A stretch of 64,000 bases of DNA from Trichoplax sp. H2 (taxonomy: Eukaryota): positions 1 to 64,000 of the forward strand of contig NOWV01000257.1 in the NCBI GenBank assembly GCA_003344405.1. The letters are read 5' to 3'. The first letter of the stretch is position 1, and each line of letters starts with the position of its first letter. Below, one piece after another: positions 41,701-56,853 of this stretch. The notes beneath the pieces were generated by a model. The model saw only the letters and a list, made by a program, of their open reading frames with translations, had not been told where the DNA came from and ran no database searches. Made by a program: the position numbers and the translations under genes.

Positions 41701-44700
41701 GCAAAACGTAAAACTCTTTTTATATATAAACAGCTTGTTCAATGAAAAAATGTAATTCTAGAGGTAACTTCTTATAAAATTATTTGCATGCACCTCTTTC
41801 AAGTTGTCAATGCGAGAGCCACCTTGAATACTAAAGATAAGGGAAATAAATATTACTATGCGAATAAGTAGAAGATAGAGTGGCTCTTATAGATTTCGTG
41901 CCATAAACAAGATATCATCCATTGATTAAAAGTTTAAAACTTACTCCACCCAATCTAATAACTTAAATTTCTGCAAAAGGCAAGCAAGGAACCAATCCGG
42001 ATCTACTATAGAACCGACGATCTATTTACGAATAAATATTTCGGTAAGAGCAACAGAAATGTCAAATGTAGTTTTCAGGAAGAATACAAAATCTTTCATG
42101 CATCCTATAATGCTCTACTACTAGAGTAAACATAGCATTACCTGAAGCATAAGTATATCTTTATCATAGGCTTGAGAGCGACATTTGCCAACTTTGTAAT
42201 GATGAACCTGCAATAAGATAGATCTAATCACATCCGATATAGTTGTAATAACCATTTCTCATTCGTAGAAATCTAAAAGGTTACCTGATTAACAATGTAA
42301 TAACCATTAAATTTCCACATAGAGGAAGCAACCTGGGCTGCTAATACTAAAGCTCTTACGGAATGCTCCATTAACAGAATTGGAAGTATTTCTTCCCTCT
42401 AAAAATGAACAGAACGAAATTTGTCTTGAGATTTACTAACATATAGTGATCACGATCATTAATTGTTGCTGATAAATCCCTTACGCCAGTAGGAAGAAGC
42501 TCGCATATAGATTCATGATTATGCCGGCTTCCAGAGGACATTAGGCCTGCAATCAAAGAGTATACCTTCTTTAAAATATCCATAACTTTGTCGTAACATA
42601 AATGTTAACTTTAATTGATTCTTAGTATCTTTATAGACATACCAGCTAACAATCGAGAAAGAGGATACACCAATGACACTAGTTCCGAAGAGACATCATA
42701 GTTGATGGTTTGGTACTCAATAGAATCAACTATGATCGTCGGTTAATGGACACAATAAAAATCAAAATAAATTTCTATAATATTTTAAATTTAATAATAT
42801 TAAATGATCAATTAATACTATTTGATAAAACTAATTATAACCTATTGCATGGTCTAGTAGAGACTTTGAATCGCTATAACAAGTTTCACACAATATTTTT
42901 ATTGTTCTTCCTGTCGCTTCTTTCAGAATTTCCAACTAAATGGTAATAATTTTTAATCCAACAAATTAACGCAACGAATTAAATTATTTTTTCCGATGCC
43001 GTAGTTACCTATGCGTATATTAACTAAATTAATCAATATTATTATAACAATTATACTTTAACTGGGATAGTGACAACGATCTGCTAGTTTACATACATTG
43101 CTGGTACACCACTGTAATATTAAAGGTGCAATAATGCATAAAGTTATATAAATTCGGACAGAAAATTCCCAATTGGGTTCATATTCAATATGACGGCCAG
43201 AAACACGTTTGGAACTTTCCATGCCCTGAAAGATTCAAATACGAAGTATGTATCAGTTGAGTACAGGTTATAACAACAATATAGTTAAAATTAATCACAC
43301 AAATTTATCATCACCTCAAGTATGGATAACAATTTGAGATATTCATCAAAACCACGTAAAAATGCATGTTTTAAGTCATCAGTCCATGACTCTGCATCAG
43401 GTACTTGACTTAAGATATATCTGGAAAAGTCATTTAGTTGGACGAATTAAGATATCTAGTAAAACTACTTTATTGTATATTTTTGTACTATTTAATATGA
43501 ATGTCAATCAATACTATAAACCAAGCATAAGATCTAAATAGATAACTTACTTTACGTCTATTATCATATATTCTAATCTGGATAGTTCGTGAATTCGAAG
43601 TTGGGCTAGTCTTCCATCTCTTGCGGCAACTAAAAATGAAGTTTAAACATTAAATCTTAGTCAAATTCGACATCTCTAGAATTGAATTGACGAATATAGG
43701 CTGTAGATTTACAATGTTTTACCAGGATTTATACTAGGTTTAATTGCATTGCAAAACGTCGATAAAATTTTAGCCAAGCAATCATGTTCTATCACTAAGT
43801 AGCGCGACTAATAGGAAAATTTAAAAATTTTTCTTTAGTAAAACAAGGTTTATGTATTTAGCAGTAATATTCATGACGTTAAAAGTTATATTTCTCAAAT
43901 TTTGTCTTACCAATGAATTAGAAGTAAATAGCTGAACCGACATCGATGTGATCTGTATCATGAACAAAATAAGCGTAAATATGCGGATCAAACTTTGTAT
44001 TCCATTATGATTTGGAAAAAAAATTACCGATACTGAATGAAGATGATCGTCCTCTATGAAATCTTTCTGGATTTTAGCATACTCCTGCAACAGTAAAGAG
44101 AGCTTGATCAAATAAGGGACTTATGGCACACACTTTGTACTTTAGATTTCAATCCTTAATTAATGATGACCATTTAAACTTGAGCAATGCCTTACCTTTA
44201 CGTATAATACACTAAATTGATGTTTGAGATCAGAACTTCCTAAAATACTAAATAAAGAAACAATTATTATACAAGTAAGTATAGCATAGGAATAATACAG
44301 ACAAAAATAACATCATAAACCACATCATTACCATGCCATACACAATTGATGCCAAGCAGTTCTTGCATCTAAGTATACAGACCAAGTAGTAATTAATACT
44401 ATTTTCTGATATACAGGTAAATTATCACTAGTATCGATGAAATTTTAAATTCGATCATTACCCTTCCAAAGCTGTGTATCAGAATGTAATAGTATTTCTA
44501 AGTAGCTTTTATCAAAATGACTATTAGAGTCCATAGCAATTTTACCGAATAATAAAATCAAAGCACCTGTAAGTAAAATTAGAAGGATGCATCAGTCAAT
44601 AAATTATGTAGTTTTATTACCACTTCAATACCATTTAATTTTAGTGATAAGTAGCAAATGTATCTAGCATGCATGTAAAATTTTATTATTATCTGCCTAC

Positions 44701-47700
44701 TAGATGAAGATGTAAAATCATTCAGCCAATTAAGCAGGTTGATAGCCAATTCTTGATGTTCAAATAGAGTCGTATGTAATATCTTGATTACAAGCGGTTT
44801 AGCTCCTCTTATCGGTATATGAGGCAATTCTGAATTGCGCTATCAGAGTAATAGTTGCAATACGTAAGTCGAACTGGTAGTCGATTATTAACCATTATCG
44901 AGTAGCAATATTTGCTAATTGCAAAACGAATATAAAATACAATTGAATTTTATCATACACAACCTTTTGTATAATCCTTCGAATTCTGTTGCATTCAATA
45001 GCATCGCCAACTCCTATTCTCGCTCTACCCTATGGGTGTAAAGGATGGCAACAAATTAGGAATATAGTCACTATATAAAACACAAGTTGACGATTAAAGA
45101 ATACACGTATAAATCCTAACCGTTCGATCAACTATGCCAGCAATCTGAGACGCTTGCAGTTCAGTACAACTAATGGCCAATTGTAACTGTCTTATGACCT
45201 ATTTGATGATAACCATAACAATTATTGAAATAACTAGTAAATTTTACATGCAAATACAACTTTTAAGTTTGTCTACAGTCAACGAATTCGTTTTGTTGGC
45301 ACACCTCTTGATATGTATGGACTTCATCGTTATATAATGTAGTAACATATAGCGGTGGCAATGACCTATGAATATTGGATATGTTAAATATAGAATTAGT
45401 GCGCAAAAATGATACCCAAAAAAATAAAGTAGTCCAGGCTATTTTGTGTTATATGAAATAAACATCTAAAACACCACCAACATTTGAAATAATTCGGCAG
45501 GCATATCATCCGGACCATCATACAATAGCACCGTAATAGCATATCTAAGGACAGCATCAAATACTATTGAACATCTTCTTTCCACGTCAAGCGGTAATTG
45601 CACCTAAATCAATTGAATATCATGTTAGGACTAACATACTCTAGTACATTAATATTTCATATTTTTAAAGCGAGCTAAATGTAGTAGAAATACCAATAGC
45701 AATAATATTTGCGACAATATACTCGCATCATGATATACAAAGACTGCCATTCTCATCTCATAACCAATTTATATAGCATACCGGAGCTGCCTCAACATCA
45801 TTTGCTAGATGAAAATCGCATGCATATCCGGATTTCCAAGCTTCGGCATCACCACAATCGCAACATCCTGCGCCTCCTGCTGAGGTATGCATCTGTACAT
45901 ATAATTTATGTTGGCATATTAGAGGATCATTGTGATGTAAATATAATTTAATAATTACGCTGCTTTAGTTTTTACTCTCTATCCTGCTTTTACGGATATT
46001 GGGGATCTTTTTAAAATTATAATCGACTGAGTAATACTAGTATACAGTAATATTGTTAGCTACTAACCCGATAACGATGATCTTTATGAATACTGTTTTG
46101 AAAGCATTGATTACACATCACACAGGTAGGATCCATGGCACAATCCCTGATAAAGCAAATAAAGGATATAGTATACAAATAATTCGGTACTATTAGCATA
46201 AGATTAAACTATTGTAACAAAAATGCAGATGAATACCGAATGACGAGATTGTTAAAAAATATCAGAAACTTCAATTTTTTTTACAGATTATCAGTAATCA
46301 TCTACGTCGACATTGAATTGAATTAAAATAGACAAGACATTCACGTCGCTCTTACTAAAAGTTGAACTTTTATATAGCCTAATTTTACTAAAGTAAATCA
46401 TCGATGCAAGCATTATAAGCGATCAATACAGTCAGGATAGCCATTAATCAAGCTTTCTGCAGTGCTTAATACTCAATTTTTTTTTCTATCTTATTAATGT
46501 AAAATTTAATTTATCGATCATAAAATCAATGTTTTAGCATTAATAAAATAAACATAATAATATGATCTAACTCAATACCACTTTTTTTCTCCATAACAAT
46601 ACCGTTGCAGCGTACTGCACTATCTAATCGTGGAATGTAATATTTCGATAGTATAGCAGTCTAGCATACTATACAGAATGCGCCTTTTTTTATGCTCGAC
46701 TGATGATCAGGTGTGAAATCCTTGTACCAGGTTATTGCTAAACGCGATCTGTGGCATACTCAACGAACGCTGTGAGTTATCCCACGTCTAGCTTTCAATA
46801 GTATCGAGCATGTGACAGTGTAACGAATATAAAAAATTAAATGGATCATTTATTAAGTGATTCAATTCAATTCTAATTAAATGGAGCGAGTTATATTTGT
46901 TATAATCATCTTACTATACTACTGTACAGCGACAATGTCAATCTTATGCACAGCATGGCACGGTACGCCATCTATACTACTGTACAATTTCAATTGAGAA
47001 ATCTGCTTTGCAGTACATGATACACCAGTATTGCTGGCGCATGACAATTTCTATTGCAAAGTATTTTCCCATAGAGAAGATAAAATATTTAATCGTTTCA
47101 TTCTAATTTATTATTGCTATTCTTACTTTGTTATAGTTATACGTATAGATCATTGCGGCCTATCCGTAGAGTTTAATAGCGCTAAATTACGTAAACTATA
47201 GCCCCCCAAAGATTGAGTAAGTTTACAAGCTATTGAATATTGTACAGTTGAACAAACTTGATCAAGTGTATTGACTTGCAAAGGAAGTCTAAACTAATGT
47301 ACAGTATTTGTAATTCAATTTTTGCTCTATTCTATTCTTATATATTCAATTGAATTATAAGCATTGCTTGAGTACATTCATAATAATTCTATATTCAGAA
47401 TTATCCAACCTAATCGACTACTAAAACCCTGCAACTGGCGTAAGATGATGTCCACAAGCGATTGCAATTTACCAGTACAGTATATTATGCATAGGTTGTC
47501 TAACTCTTATCGTTTTCATTGACTTTTTATTTCAACTGTGGCATACTCTAATTGTATTTCGTTTGTACCGACTGTACTCAGTACTTTTCAGAAACGGTTT
47601 CAAGCAATAGAAAGTGGGTGTTTGCTGAGTCTTGACAAATGGCCGAGATCGGGTCTACTCGGTATTAAAGTTTACAAATAAATACTGTAAATAACTGATC

Positions 47701-50236
47701 CTAGCTTAGTGTCTGGTAAACGAAAAATAATAAAAAACAGTCAAGAAATTGTCGCGTCAGATTCTAGCATGGATTACAGAAGCAATTGTACTATAGTTTA
47801 TTACGGACAGAATTAAAACGGAAGGGAAAGTAAAAATCATTAAAAATAGTAACCGAAAACCCATCTGGTCTTGGTTATTACGATTAGTTTTAGTGCCATT
47901 ATCAACTCTATCTCAACATACAGAATATAGCAAATTCCTCCATTACCATGAACTACTACAGTACTGTCGACAGGCTTTATGGCATCATGTCGTACATCAC
48001 TTCCTGACTCTATAGATCTATCCAAGTATTCATGTGTCCTAGCCAACTATTTTAACCTACATGGAAGCATTGCACTAACAAGAAATAGGATAATACTTCT
48101 AGTCCGCTTATATGGTAGTAATTTTTGATATTGATGTTATAACTAAGAATAGAAAATAAAACATGTTGCAACAAGCCTCAATCTTGACTTGACTAATGTA
48201 TCGTTTTAGGAACTCTTTCAGAATGAGTAGAATATTGTCCCTTATTACACCAATAGTGTGCTGTCAAGAATGAACAATGATGCATCGTTTTAGGAACTGT
48301 TTCAGAATGAGCAGAATATTGTCCTTATTACACCAATAGTGTGCTGTCAAGAATGAACAATGATGCATCATTTTAGGAACTTTTTCAGAATGAGCAGAAT
48401 ATTGTCCTTATTACACCAATAGTGTGCTGTCAAGAATGAACAATGATGCATCGTTTTAGGAACTGTTTCAGAATGAGCAGAATATTGTCCTTATTACACC
48501 AATAGTGTGCTGTCAAGAATGAACAATGATGCATCGTTTTAGGAACTGTTTCAGAATGAGCAGAATATTGTCCTTATTACACCAATAGTGTGCTGTCAAG
48601 AATGAACAATGATGCATCGTTTTAGGAACTGTTTCAGAATGAGCAGAATATTGTCCTTATTACACCAATAGTGTGCTGTCAAGAATGAACAATGATGCAT
48701 CATTTTAGGAACTTTTTCAGAATGAGCAGAATATATGGTGCAGAATATTGTCCCTTATTATACCAATAGTAGTGTGTTGTCCAGAATCAACAAGGAAGTA
48801 TCATTGCGTGGATTGGAAAATATACGCGTACATAGAGTGAGTGCAGGGGAATCAATTTGTAGATACGATCAAACGAATTCAGTAAAACCAAATCTCTTCT
48901 CTAGACTCATAGTAACATTCGCTCATAACAGATTGTAAAAATAGACATGCGAGATGACATGGCAGAACTGATCAATGGAGAAAAAATAAAATATTATCGA
49001 ATTGCGTTTGTTGTAAAATTTTTAGATAACGGCTGAGAAATATTGGATTGTCCGATTTCTTCTAACTTACAAACTATAATGGTCCATGAACCAATTATAA
49101 TTATTAAATCTACTCTATACTTTGGTGGGTTAAACATTGGATTTACCCGCGACATACTGTATGTACGTGTATCATGTCCATCTTGTAAACATGCAAGCGC
49201 AAACAGTGCCGTACAGACGACGTGAAATTTTGCTTGATCAAGGCAGAATATGCGTCAATATGATCCGATATGATTATCCCATTGAATACCGATTGGGCTG
49301 ATGTCAAATCAAACGAGCTTGATGATTAACTAACTAACTATTCACTAGTCATCAGCTATTGAGTCAGTGATTGAAGTTTTACGCAGTTTATTATTTATAT
49401 AGTACAGTAATTTATCCCATTCATGTAGTCGTATCAGACTTTGCAATCCTACTTTGAACGATCGTCCAGCTGTTCAAATGGACAAATCTCATGTATACCT
49501 ACTATGTACTGCTACTATCCGTGATGGATCTACAATACGTTAAAGGATGTATGTATGATCCAACTAGAAATGATCTTTCGAGCGTTGATCAAGACGCTGT
49601 TGTAGAAAAGATGTGATTTTTTAGCTAGAACAAAGATGGGGGGCGATGATGTCTAATTAATGCAATGGTTAAGATGACACAGGTCTTTTCAGCAACAAGA
49701 TATTTTTCCTTATTTAGGCAATATGTAGAGTATGCTTTCGGTACTATTGATAGCGTAGGTCTAGTGTATCGAGTAGAAGGCATAAAAGCGCGATAGGAGA
49801 TGGATAGCAATGAAAATAATTATTTATGTTGATCATCATCATCGTCATCATCATAATAATACTGCATTACAAAATGGAATTTATTATTGACAGTGAATCT
49901 ACTCTTGCCATTGTAGAGTCCGACCATGCTATACCTGCATGTGTAAGTTGGTTCACCGGCGTTGAAAACTTTACCACATATTGCCGATTTATTACTAGTG
50001 CTCAGATAGTCTTTCAATTCTTTCATTTGTCCATTACTGATGAAGTAATCTAAAGGAGTTGTAAAATATCGGATGATATTCTCCGTCAACATGGACTTGA
50101 GATCGGGTGTCTTGTCGGCCAATAACGTATGTAAATTTTCCAAGTGATGGACAATCTTATCGCTTATTTGATTGTCCGAATAACCTGATGCATATTCTTG
50201 CAGCCATTTTCTGGCCACTAAATTGCTTGAATCCAT
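35772..50236 (-). CDS. UBR1/UBR2: E3 ubiquitin ligase of the UBR1/UBR2 N-recognin type, many small exons
   Basis: UBR box [57 protein letters not shown]; ClpS-like [12 protein letters not shown] (~45.3 kb); [30 protein letters not shown]2 [33 protein letters not shown]-terminal [27 protein letters not shown]. Exon 1 is 50236-49935. Confidence 0.95.
48197..48800. repeat. 83-bp tandem minisatellite, about 7 copies, in UBR1/2 intron 1
   Basis: Unit tgcatcgttttaggaactgtttcagaatgagcagaatattgtccttattacaccaatagtgtgctgtcaagaatgaacaatga starts at 48197, 48281, 48364, 48447, 48530, 48613 and 48696. Confidence 0.97.
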
Positions 50237-51154
50237 GTTACCCCAACCTTTTACTGGCGACTATTTCTTGAATGATAGAAGTATCCTTGCCAACTCGGCG
50301 TTTACAAATCCAACAACGAAGAGGAACAGTATGGTCGGCTAGGTATCCACACTCTCTGCTTTAAGACAGTCGTAGCACAGTAGTATAAATAAATAAAAAA
50401 AAAATGATATCCAGACTTAGTAGTCATAGACAGTACAGCACCGTACTGACTTTGGATCGTTTGGGCTCGCTACGGCACGGCACGTCAACTACACAGTACC
50501 GGTTAACGTGTCCTGCGCGACAGTCCTCTTATTATGCTAGTACGATGAGCTTCCGTCAGTCTGTCATACCGGTACGAACTGATCGGAACCGGACCGTTCC
50601 AGACCATCACGGATTCTAGTAGTAGCGGTCCAGTACTGCACTAGATTTAGGTACTGTACAGTGTACAGTGTACAGTACTGTGAGAGGTACTGTACAGTTC
50701 GGCTATGACAAGACTTGTCTATCAGAAATGGTCTCTTTTCTCTTATTTTATTTTCAAAATCGCCAGTGCTAAAGAGTCCGTCGTGTGAATGGACCAATTC
50801 AGGAATGGAATTGAATAAAAAATATAAACAGAGAAATAAATCAAAAATGGATTGAAATCTCCATTTCTTACCACTCGGGTCCGATCGACTTCATACAGTA
50901 GTAAGTACTGTAGTAGACTGGACACTGTGCGCAAAATCATATCAGTCTTCGTCATAACCTCGTCCCTACTGGATTCTACTATTCTACCTAAAGGGAAAGG
51001 TGAAATATATTTTCCAAAGTCTTCCTTGGAGGAAGTTCCTCCTTTACCATCTCGTCATAAAATTTTTGCAGTATCCATAGCCACAGATAGAATTACGTTG
51101 ATTACATTATCGATCAACTGTACTGTTCGTACACGATATAGCAGTAGTTTTGCC
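50237..51154. promoter_or_regulatory. Putative bidirectional promoter / 5'UTR region between UBR1/2 (-) and the zinc-finger gene (+)
   Basis: Divergent start codons at 50236 and 51155. Locally higher GC/CpG and a GTAC-rich motif cluster (50430-50700). Confidence 0.6.
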
Positions 51155-54100
51155 ATGGAGAATGAAATCACCAAAGAACACAGTCCAAATACCGGTGAAT
51201 GTGTATCGGATGTAAGTTTCGGATAGGTTGAATGATGCAATTATACTTGGTAGAAAATGAAGGAAATCAAAATTCCTTAACATTGTATATCCAAGTTAAT
51301 AGAAACTCTATTGATACAGTTGATACAGTAGATTCAATTTATAATGGGTACGAGTATAGTCCTATCTGACCAACGATGAAATTGGCCATGAATAAGAAGA
51401 ATGCAGACGATCACCTCATACAGTACTCTACCGAACTGTACACTGTACAGTAAGACATCGGCTAAGCATAACTGACTACAAGGATATTTTGCTTTCTTTC
51501 AATGGATCCTCATCGTTGATTGCTATACCAGTAATATTTGTAGTATCTACCCTGCCATCAAATTGTTGACTAATTACTGTACTATGAGACTTTATCAAAG
51601 CTGAGATAAAGAGGCAGATGATACTTGATTATACTAGACTAACATTGACTGATTATCTGTTATTTCTAATCTAATTGATCGCGTTGACTACGAAGATAGC
51701 GGTCGTAATAAAGCGTAATAGACTACCGTGTTATAGCAGAGTTTGCAATTGAGAACGTGTGTACTGTTCATTAAGGATAGTAAAAAGATTTTTATGGCTT
51801 ATCAAGATATTGCAACATTGTCAATTTGCAAACTCAAACATCAATGCCATGCACTCTTGAATTTAGTATCAACTCAAAGAGGAAAGACACTGCCCAAAAT
51901 ACAACTTTTCAGTCTTCATTCATTGAAGACTTAACCACTGTATTTATTTTTGTTATGATGACAATACCCTAGTAATGAACGAGTAATAAACGAGAATCTG
52001 CTCTAGGATGGTTAACTTAATAAGCAATTTCCTAATTTCTCGTATAAGATCATGAATATTCATTATAATGTCAATCCATCATTACTCTTTGATCGCTGAG
52101 AGAAATTCGAGATAATAAGGATGATTCTGGTATGCATGCACAATACCACTACACTAAGAACAAGGAGTGAGCATAGCGTGAGCACTTTGGCAGTTTATTA
52201 TTCGCTAGATGATGATTAAATAAAGTCGTAATTTTATCGAAATAGTGGGAGAATCGACTGGTCTATGATTCAACTATAATAAGGCGAGAGGGACCAGTTC
52301 CTTTCTCGCGATATGAGTCTTCATTAAACTTACAAATTCTGCGCACTAATACGCGAGAAAGCCCTTCAAATATTGCTTTTGGGATTAAATTACTCAATGG
52401 AACTACAGATACGTCAAGTAACTCATCAAATGAAGCTAGCTGTAAAATTTTAGTACAACATCCTGATGTTTTATAAAGCCTTTAGATGCAACGTGGTGGC
52501 AACCAATGACCTCTTAATGTTAGAGTTCAATACCCTTGGTGCCCTGAATAATTGAATCACTTTTTTTATTTATTTATTCAACCGATTTCACAATTACGAT
52601 TGCACTTACTCCATTCTAGTATCCATTCCTCATCCAGCTTGTAGCTTATACAATCATATTGACCGTCTTTACCCGCTAGTTATCACCCTAAATCGACATT
52701 TGCTTCAATTAGATTATGTACTGGTTTTAAAATAGTATGAGTAATTTGCCGTCGACATGCAGAATCACTGCAATTCAGAATTGATGACGTACGCTGTTGC
52801 GTTATTCTTCACAGAAAATAAAGATTACTGTTTGGATCCTACTTCTTCTACGGTACTGTAACTCCATTATTGAGACAAATTTTCCTCGTTATTCCTCCAA
52901 TGCCAACAGCGAACGCCGCAATATTGCAATTCTACCGAGTGATTTATCAAAATAGTGCAAGAACTTGATTCCTTTATTTCCAATACAATCTACTGTAGTA
53001 ACTATATTGTATAGCTTGTAAATTTATCCTACCAACAATATCTCATTTCCCGTAGTACCTATTCTATACTACCATAAACGACACCAACATTAAAAAAAGC
53101 ATTCTGACTATAATTAGCTACGAATTCGCAATCATAAAGACAATTTATTTTACTGACTATTATACCTACGCATACATCTATTCTACAGAAACCGGTAGAA
53201 GTTCTAAAGTCTATTGTAAAACCATTGCGAAATACATACTTTTAGCAAAGAAAGAATAGTAAGACAGTCTAATCTACTAATAGTACTATTGCAATGTTAA
53301 TGATATAATATTATTTTTATACAGCTATCGACCAAACTATGCGATCTAAAATCGACTCTAACAAGAGATGATACCACAGCAGAAGTTTTAGGTCTATCTT
53401 GTTACAAGTTGGTAGAAACTTTGGAAAAAGTGACGGAAAAAGTGGCAGTAGCTTCACGATCTAATACTGATTCAATACATAGCCAATCTAGAAAGGAGAC
53501 CTTACAAAATGTTCAGCATTTACAACAGGTCTTACATGATATTGCGGAACAACTTACTGCACAACTGTTTGTGATTAATCGTCAAATGCCTACCTTCAGA
53601 CATATCGTTTTATCACAGTTAACCTATTGGTCAACGATGTTGTTGAAATGCATTGGCAGCGAACTAGGAGACAGCGAAGAAATCGATTATGGCCAAACCT
53701 GTATTGCATTAGCAACGCTGCTCACTACTATTATTTCCCACGTTACTGCGTTTGCAACTGCAAATTACCAGGAGGAAGAGAATGAAGATGAAATATCGTG
53801 TACAAACGATGGCGAAGTTGCTCCGCAATCTTTGGCGAAAGAAATGGATATAGATTCAGATAACGCTGAGGAAATACCCAATCGTACCACAGAGGGAACA
53901 GAGCAAAGAGAGGAGACAGCTGCATTAAATGGCGAAATAGCTGGTGATGAGTCAGCATCGAACGTTCTAAAAACCGGTGGAGTCCAAAAATTTACCATTT
54001 ACAAAACGAAATATGATGCAAGCCGCAATCTAACTATGCACGCTAAAACTCATAATCTGAACGTTTTCGAATGCACAATTTGTAAAAAAACCTTCGATGC

Positions 54101-54401
54101 TAAACCTCAACTTTTATTACACGCTAAAGATATACACAAAAAGAAGAATCTGTTTGAATGCCACGATTGTACCAAGGCCTTTACAACAAGGCAAAGCTTG
54201 AAAGTACACACTAGAACTCATACGGGAGAAAAGCCGTACATTTGTGAATATTGTGCTAAAGCATTTTCTGTACTCTCTAATTTAAGACAGCATATTCGTT
54301 TGCATACAAATGAAAAACCGTATAAATGCAGTGACTGTGATTTATCTTTTCGCGTTAAGAGAAACTTAAGTAAGCATCAACAAAAGCATACAGATAGCTA
54401 A
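51155..54401 (+). CDS. C2H2 zinc-finger protein (4 intact fingers + 1 degenerate) with N-terminal helical region and acidic linker
   Basis: gccATGg exon 51155-51211 (phase 0, donor gtaagt), an optional exon 53189-53215, and main exon 53325-54401 in frame with the 330-aa ORF. Fingers CTIC..HAKDIH, CHDC..HTRTH-TGEKPY, CEYC..HIRLH-TNEKPY, CSDC..HQQKH. Confidence 0.88.
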
Positions 54402-54882
54402 TTCCCTAACACCACTCTGATACTCTTATATCCATTCTGATCTACAAGTAGAGACTGCTTTTTATGATATTGCTTATATCTATTTACGATGAGATGTTTG
54501 TAGGACGTGCTCAGAAATTGTAATTTTTAGTTTATCAATCTGTTAAGCTATGCATGTTATATTGTTTTCAACCCGTCAGTTGTAAAACAAAGTGAAAATT
54601 TTGCATATAGTGTACAGCATGTGTATATCTGTTATTTGATAATACGTGTCTACCTATTTGGTACAAATTGTATTACTGTTTATATATTGGAGTAATACTA
54701 TGATTTCACAATCGAGTTATTGCGGAGGCGACGTGAAATAGATGAGATTCAATACTTGAATTTTGCCTTTTACACGCTTCCGTAACATCAATTTTAATAT
54801 TTAATGACTGTAAAAATGAACGGTACCTTATTAAGGAGCCAAGAAAAATGATAAGTTATTGTATAGACAATTATTAGAAATA

Positions 54883-55220
54883 TCTACGTTGCAACTATGT
54901 CTGTTAGTGATTCGTCAAGTTTCCAATATTACATTTTCCGTTATTATTATATCATCGAGAAGTTTTAAAAATTTTATAAACCCAATAATGTCTACGTTGC
55001 GACTATGACTGTTAGTGATTCATCAAGTTTCCAATATTACATTTTCCTTTATTAATATATCATCGAGAGGTTTTAAAAATTTTATAAACCCAATAATGTC
55101 TACGTTACGACTCTAGTTACGACTATGACCGTTAGTGACTCATCAAGTTTCCAATATTACATTTTCCTTTATTATTATATCATCGAGAAGTTTTAAAAAT
55201 TTTATAAACCCAATCATGTC
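54883..55220. repeat. 108-bp tandem repeat, 3 copies
   Basis: tctacgttgc..ttagtgattc.tcaagtttccaatattacattttcc..catcgagaagttttaaaaattttataaacccaat at 54883, 54991 and 55099 (the third has a short internal duplication). Confidence 0.95.
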
Positions 55221-56853
55221 AATTACAAAGAGGAAGTTAATATATATTGTAGTTATTTCTATTGTAGATAGCTCAATAAAACTAAGCTGTGACTAAATGT
55301 CGAATTTATATGATAGTGTTTATTTTTAATAGCCTACAATGTTTGGAATTCCAACTGCGACTTCAGGCCTAGGGTAGATGAACGTTTAGCACTAGTCACT
55401 ATAGTAGATATTGGTGTGTTCAAGATCAATGATATTGTACTACAGCCTGGATCATGAATTACTAAATGTTGTGAACATGAAATACTGTAGTTATTAGCAT
55501 TATTACCAATACCATATTCGGAGGGGCCTGTTTGATACTACGCCATCATTGCCAAAGACAACTAAATAAGGGGATCGAAATGAAATCCTAGGAAAGGTGG
55601 AATCACCGGTCGAATTTCCATTTAATAAAATTAATTAATTACAGTACACTACTACGCATATTAACCGTAAACAGATGTATAACTATAGTTGGTACAGTAT
55701 GACAGGCAAAGCAGAACAAGTGAGGAGATCAACTATTTGTACTAGTAGTCCATATTAATAGAGACTGGCACGGTGTACCTTCCATTGAGGTACGGTGATA
55801 TCATGTTTTGCTCACCATTCAATCATGCTATCGGATATAAGTAAAATAAATATTCTTTTTGATCTGTAATAAATCTGTATTATTCGATATTATTGAATAG
55901 CATTATGCTGGATATACTGGTAAAGTACACCAATGCTTAGACAGTCGCAACTTCGTATAAAAATTAAAAATTAAATTGAACGTGAGGTTTTTAAGGTTCG
56001 TTCAAGATTCACCGACATCAAACTAGTAGGAAATGAATTGCTACCAATGACATTATTTTTGCACAGACTACATACAGACAGTCCAGTCCGTACGGACCTA
56101 AAAGCTACTGTACCAGTGTAACTTTGTGCAATATTGGACATGCGTACTGCGCTGTACCGTATCAGGTTAACGATAAGGGTACTGTACCGTGTACTCACCG
56201 TACATTACCGTAATGTAGTGTATAGTATTGTACCGTACTCTCAAAGCTGCGCCTTCCTCAAATTCGGCCCTTCAAAATTCTCGTTAACTTCGAGCAATCC
56301 ATTTGTTGACTAGATTTATATTGAAGGTTTTAGTTTACTATTTAAGCAATCGGATCGAGTACATCAGACAATCAATTAGGATATTGTGGATTTGGTGATC
56401 AGTTATCCAATACATACTATACGCATCGATGATCAGCATCCATTTTGAAAGAGACGCGTAAAGGTGGCCATTTTCTCCTACATGCATGCAAGTAGTGCAC
56501 TGGATTTTGATGATTAAAATTGGTGTCGTCAGTTATCAAGGAAAGAAAGATAATTGATATCATATAGTATCAAGGTCAATAGAATTGCAATTCTTGCTTA
56601 TTCTAGATGCGTAGATGTATGTTAGAATAAGAGTGATTTATTAAGAACTGGACATTGGCCTCCATTTTTTTAGTCAGGAAATACAATCAACTTGGAATGG
56701 AAGAGATTTTTTCTTAGTGCCAAGACAAGTACAACAATAGACTTATTGACATCGTGTATGCAATTAAAGACTTGATCTTGGCCGAAAGTGATTGTATTCG
56801 AATAGAATTCTTATATTGAAACACAAGTCAAATTGAGCATAACATCATTCATC

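Noticed and set aside
48197..48800. CRISPR-like array
   Set aside because: Units are contiguous with no unique spacers, the context is a eukaryotic intron, and there are no cas genes.
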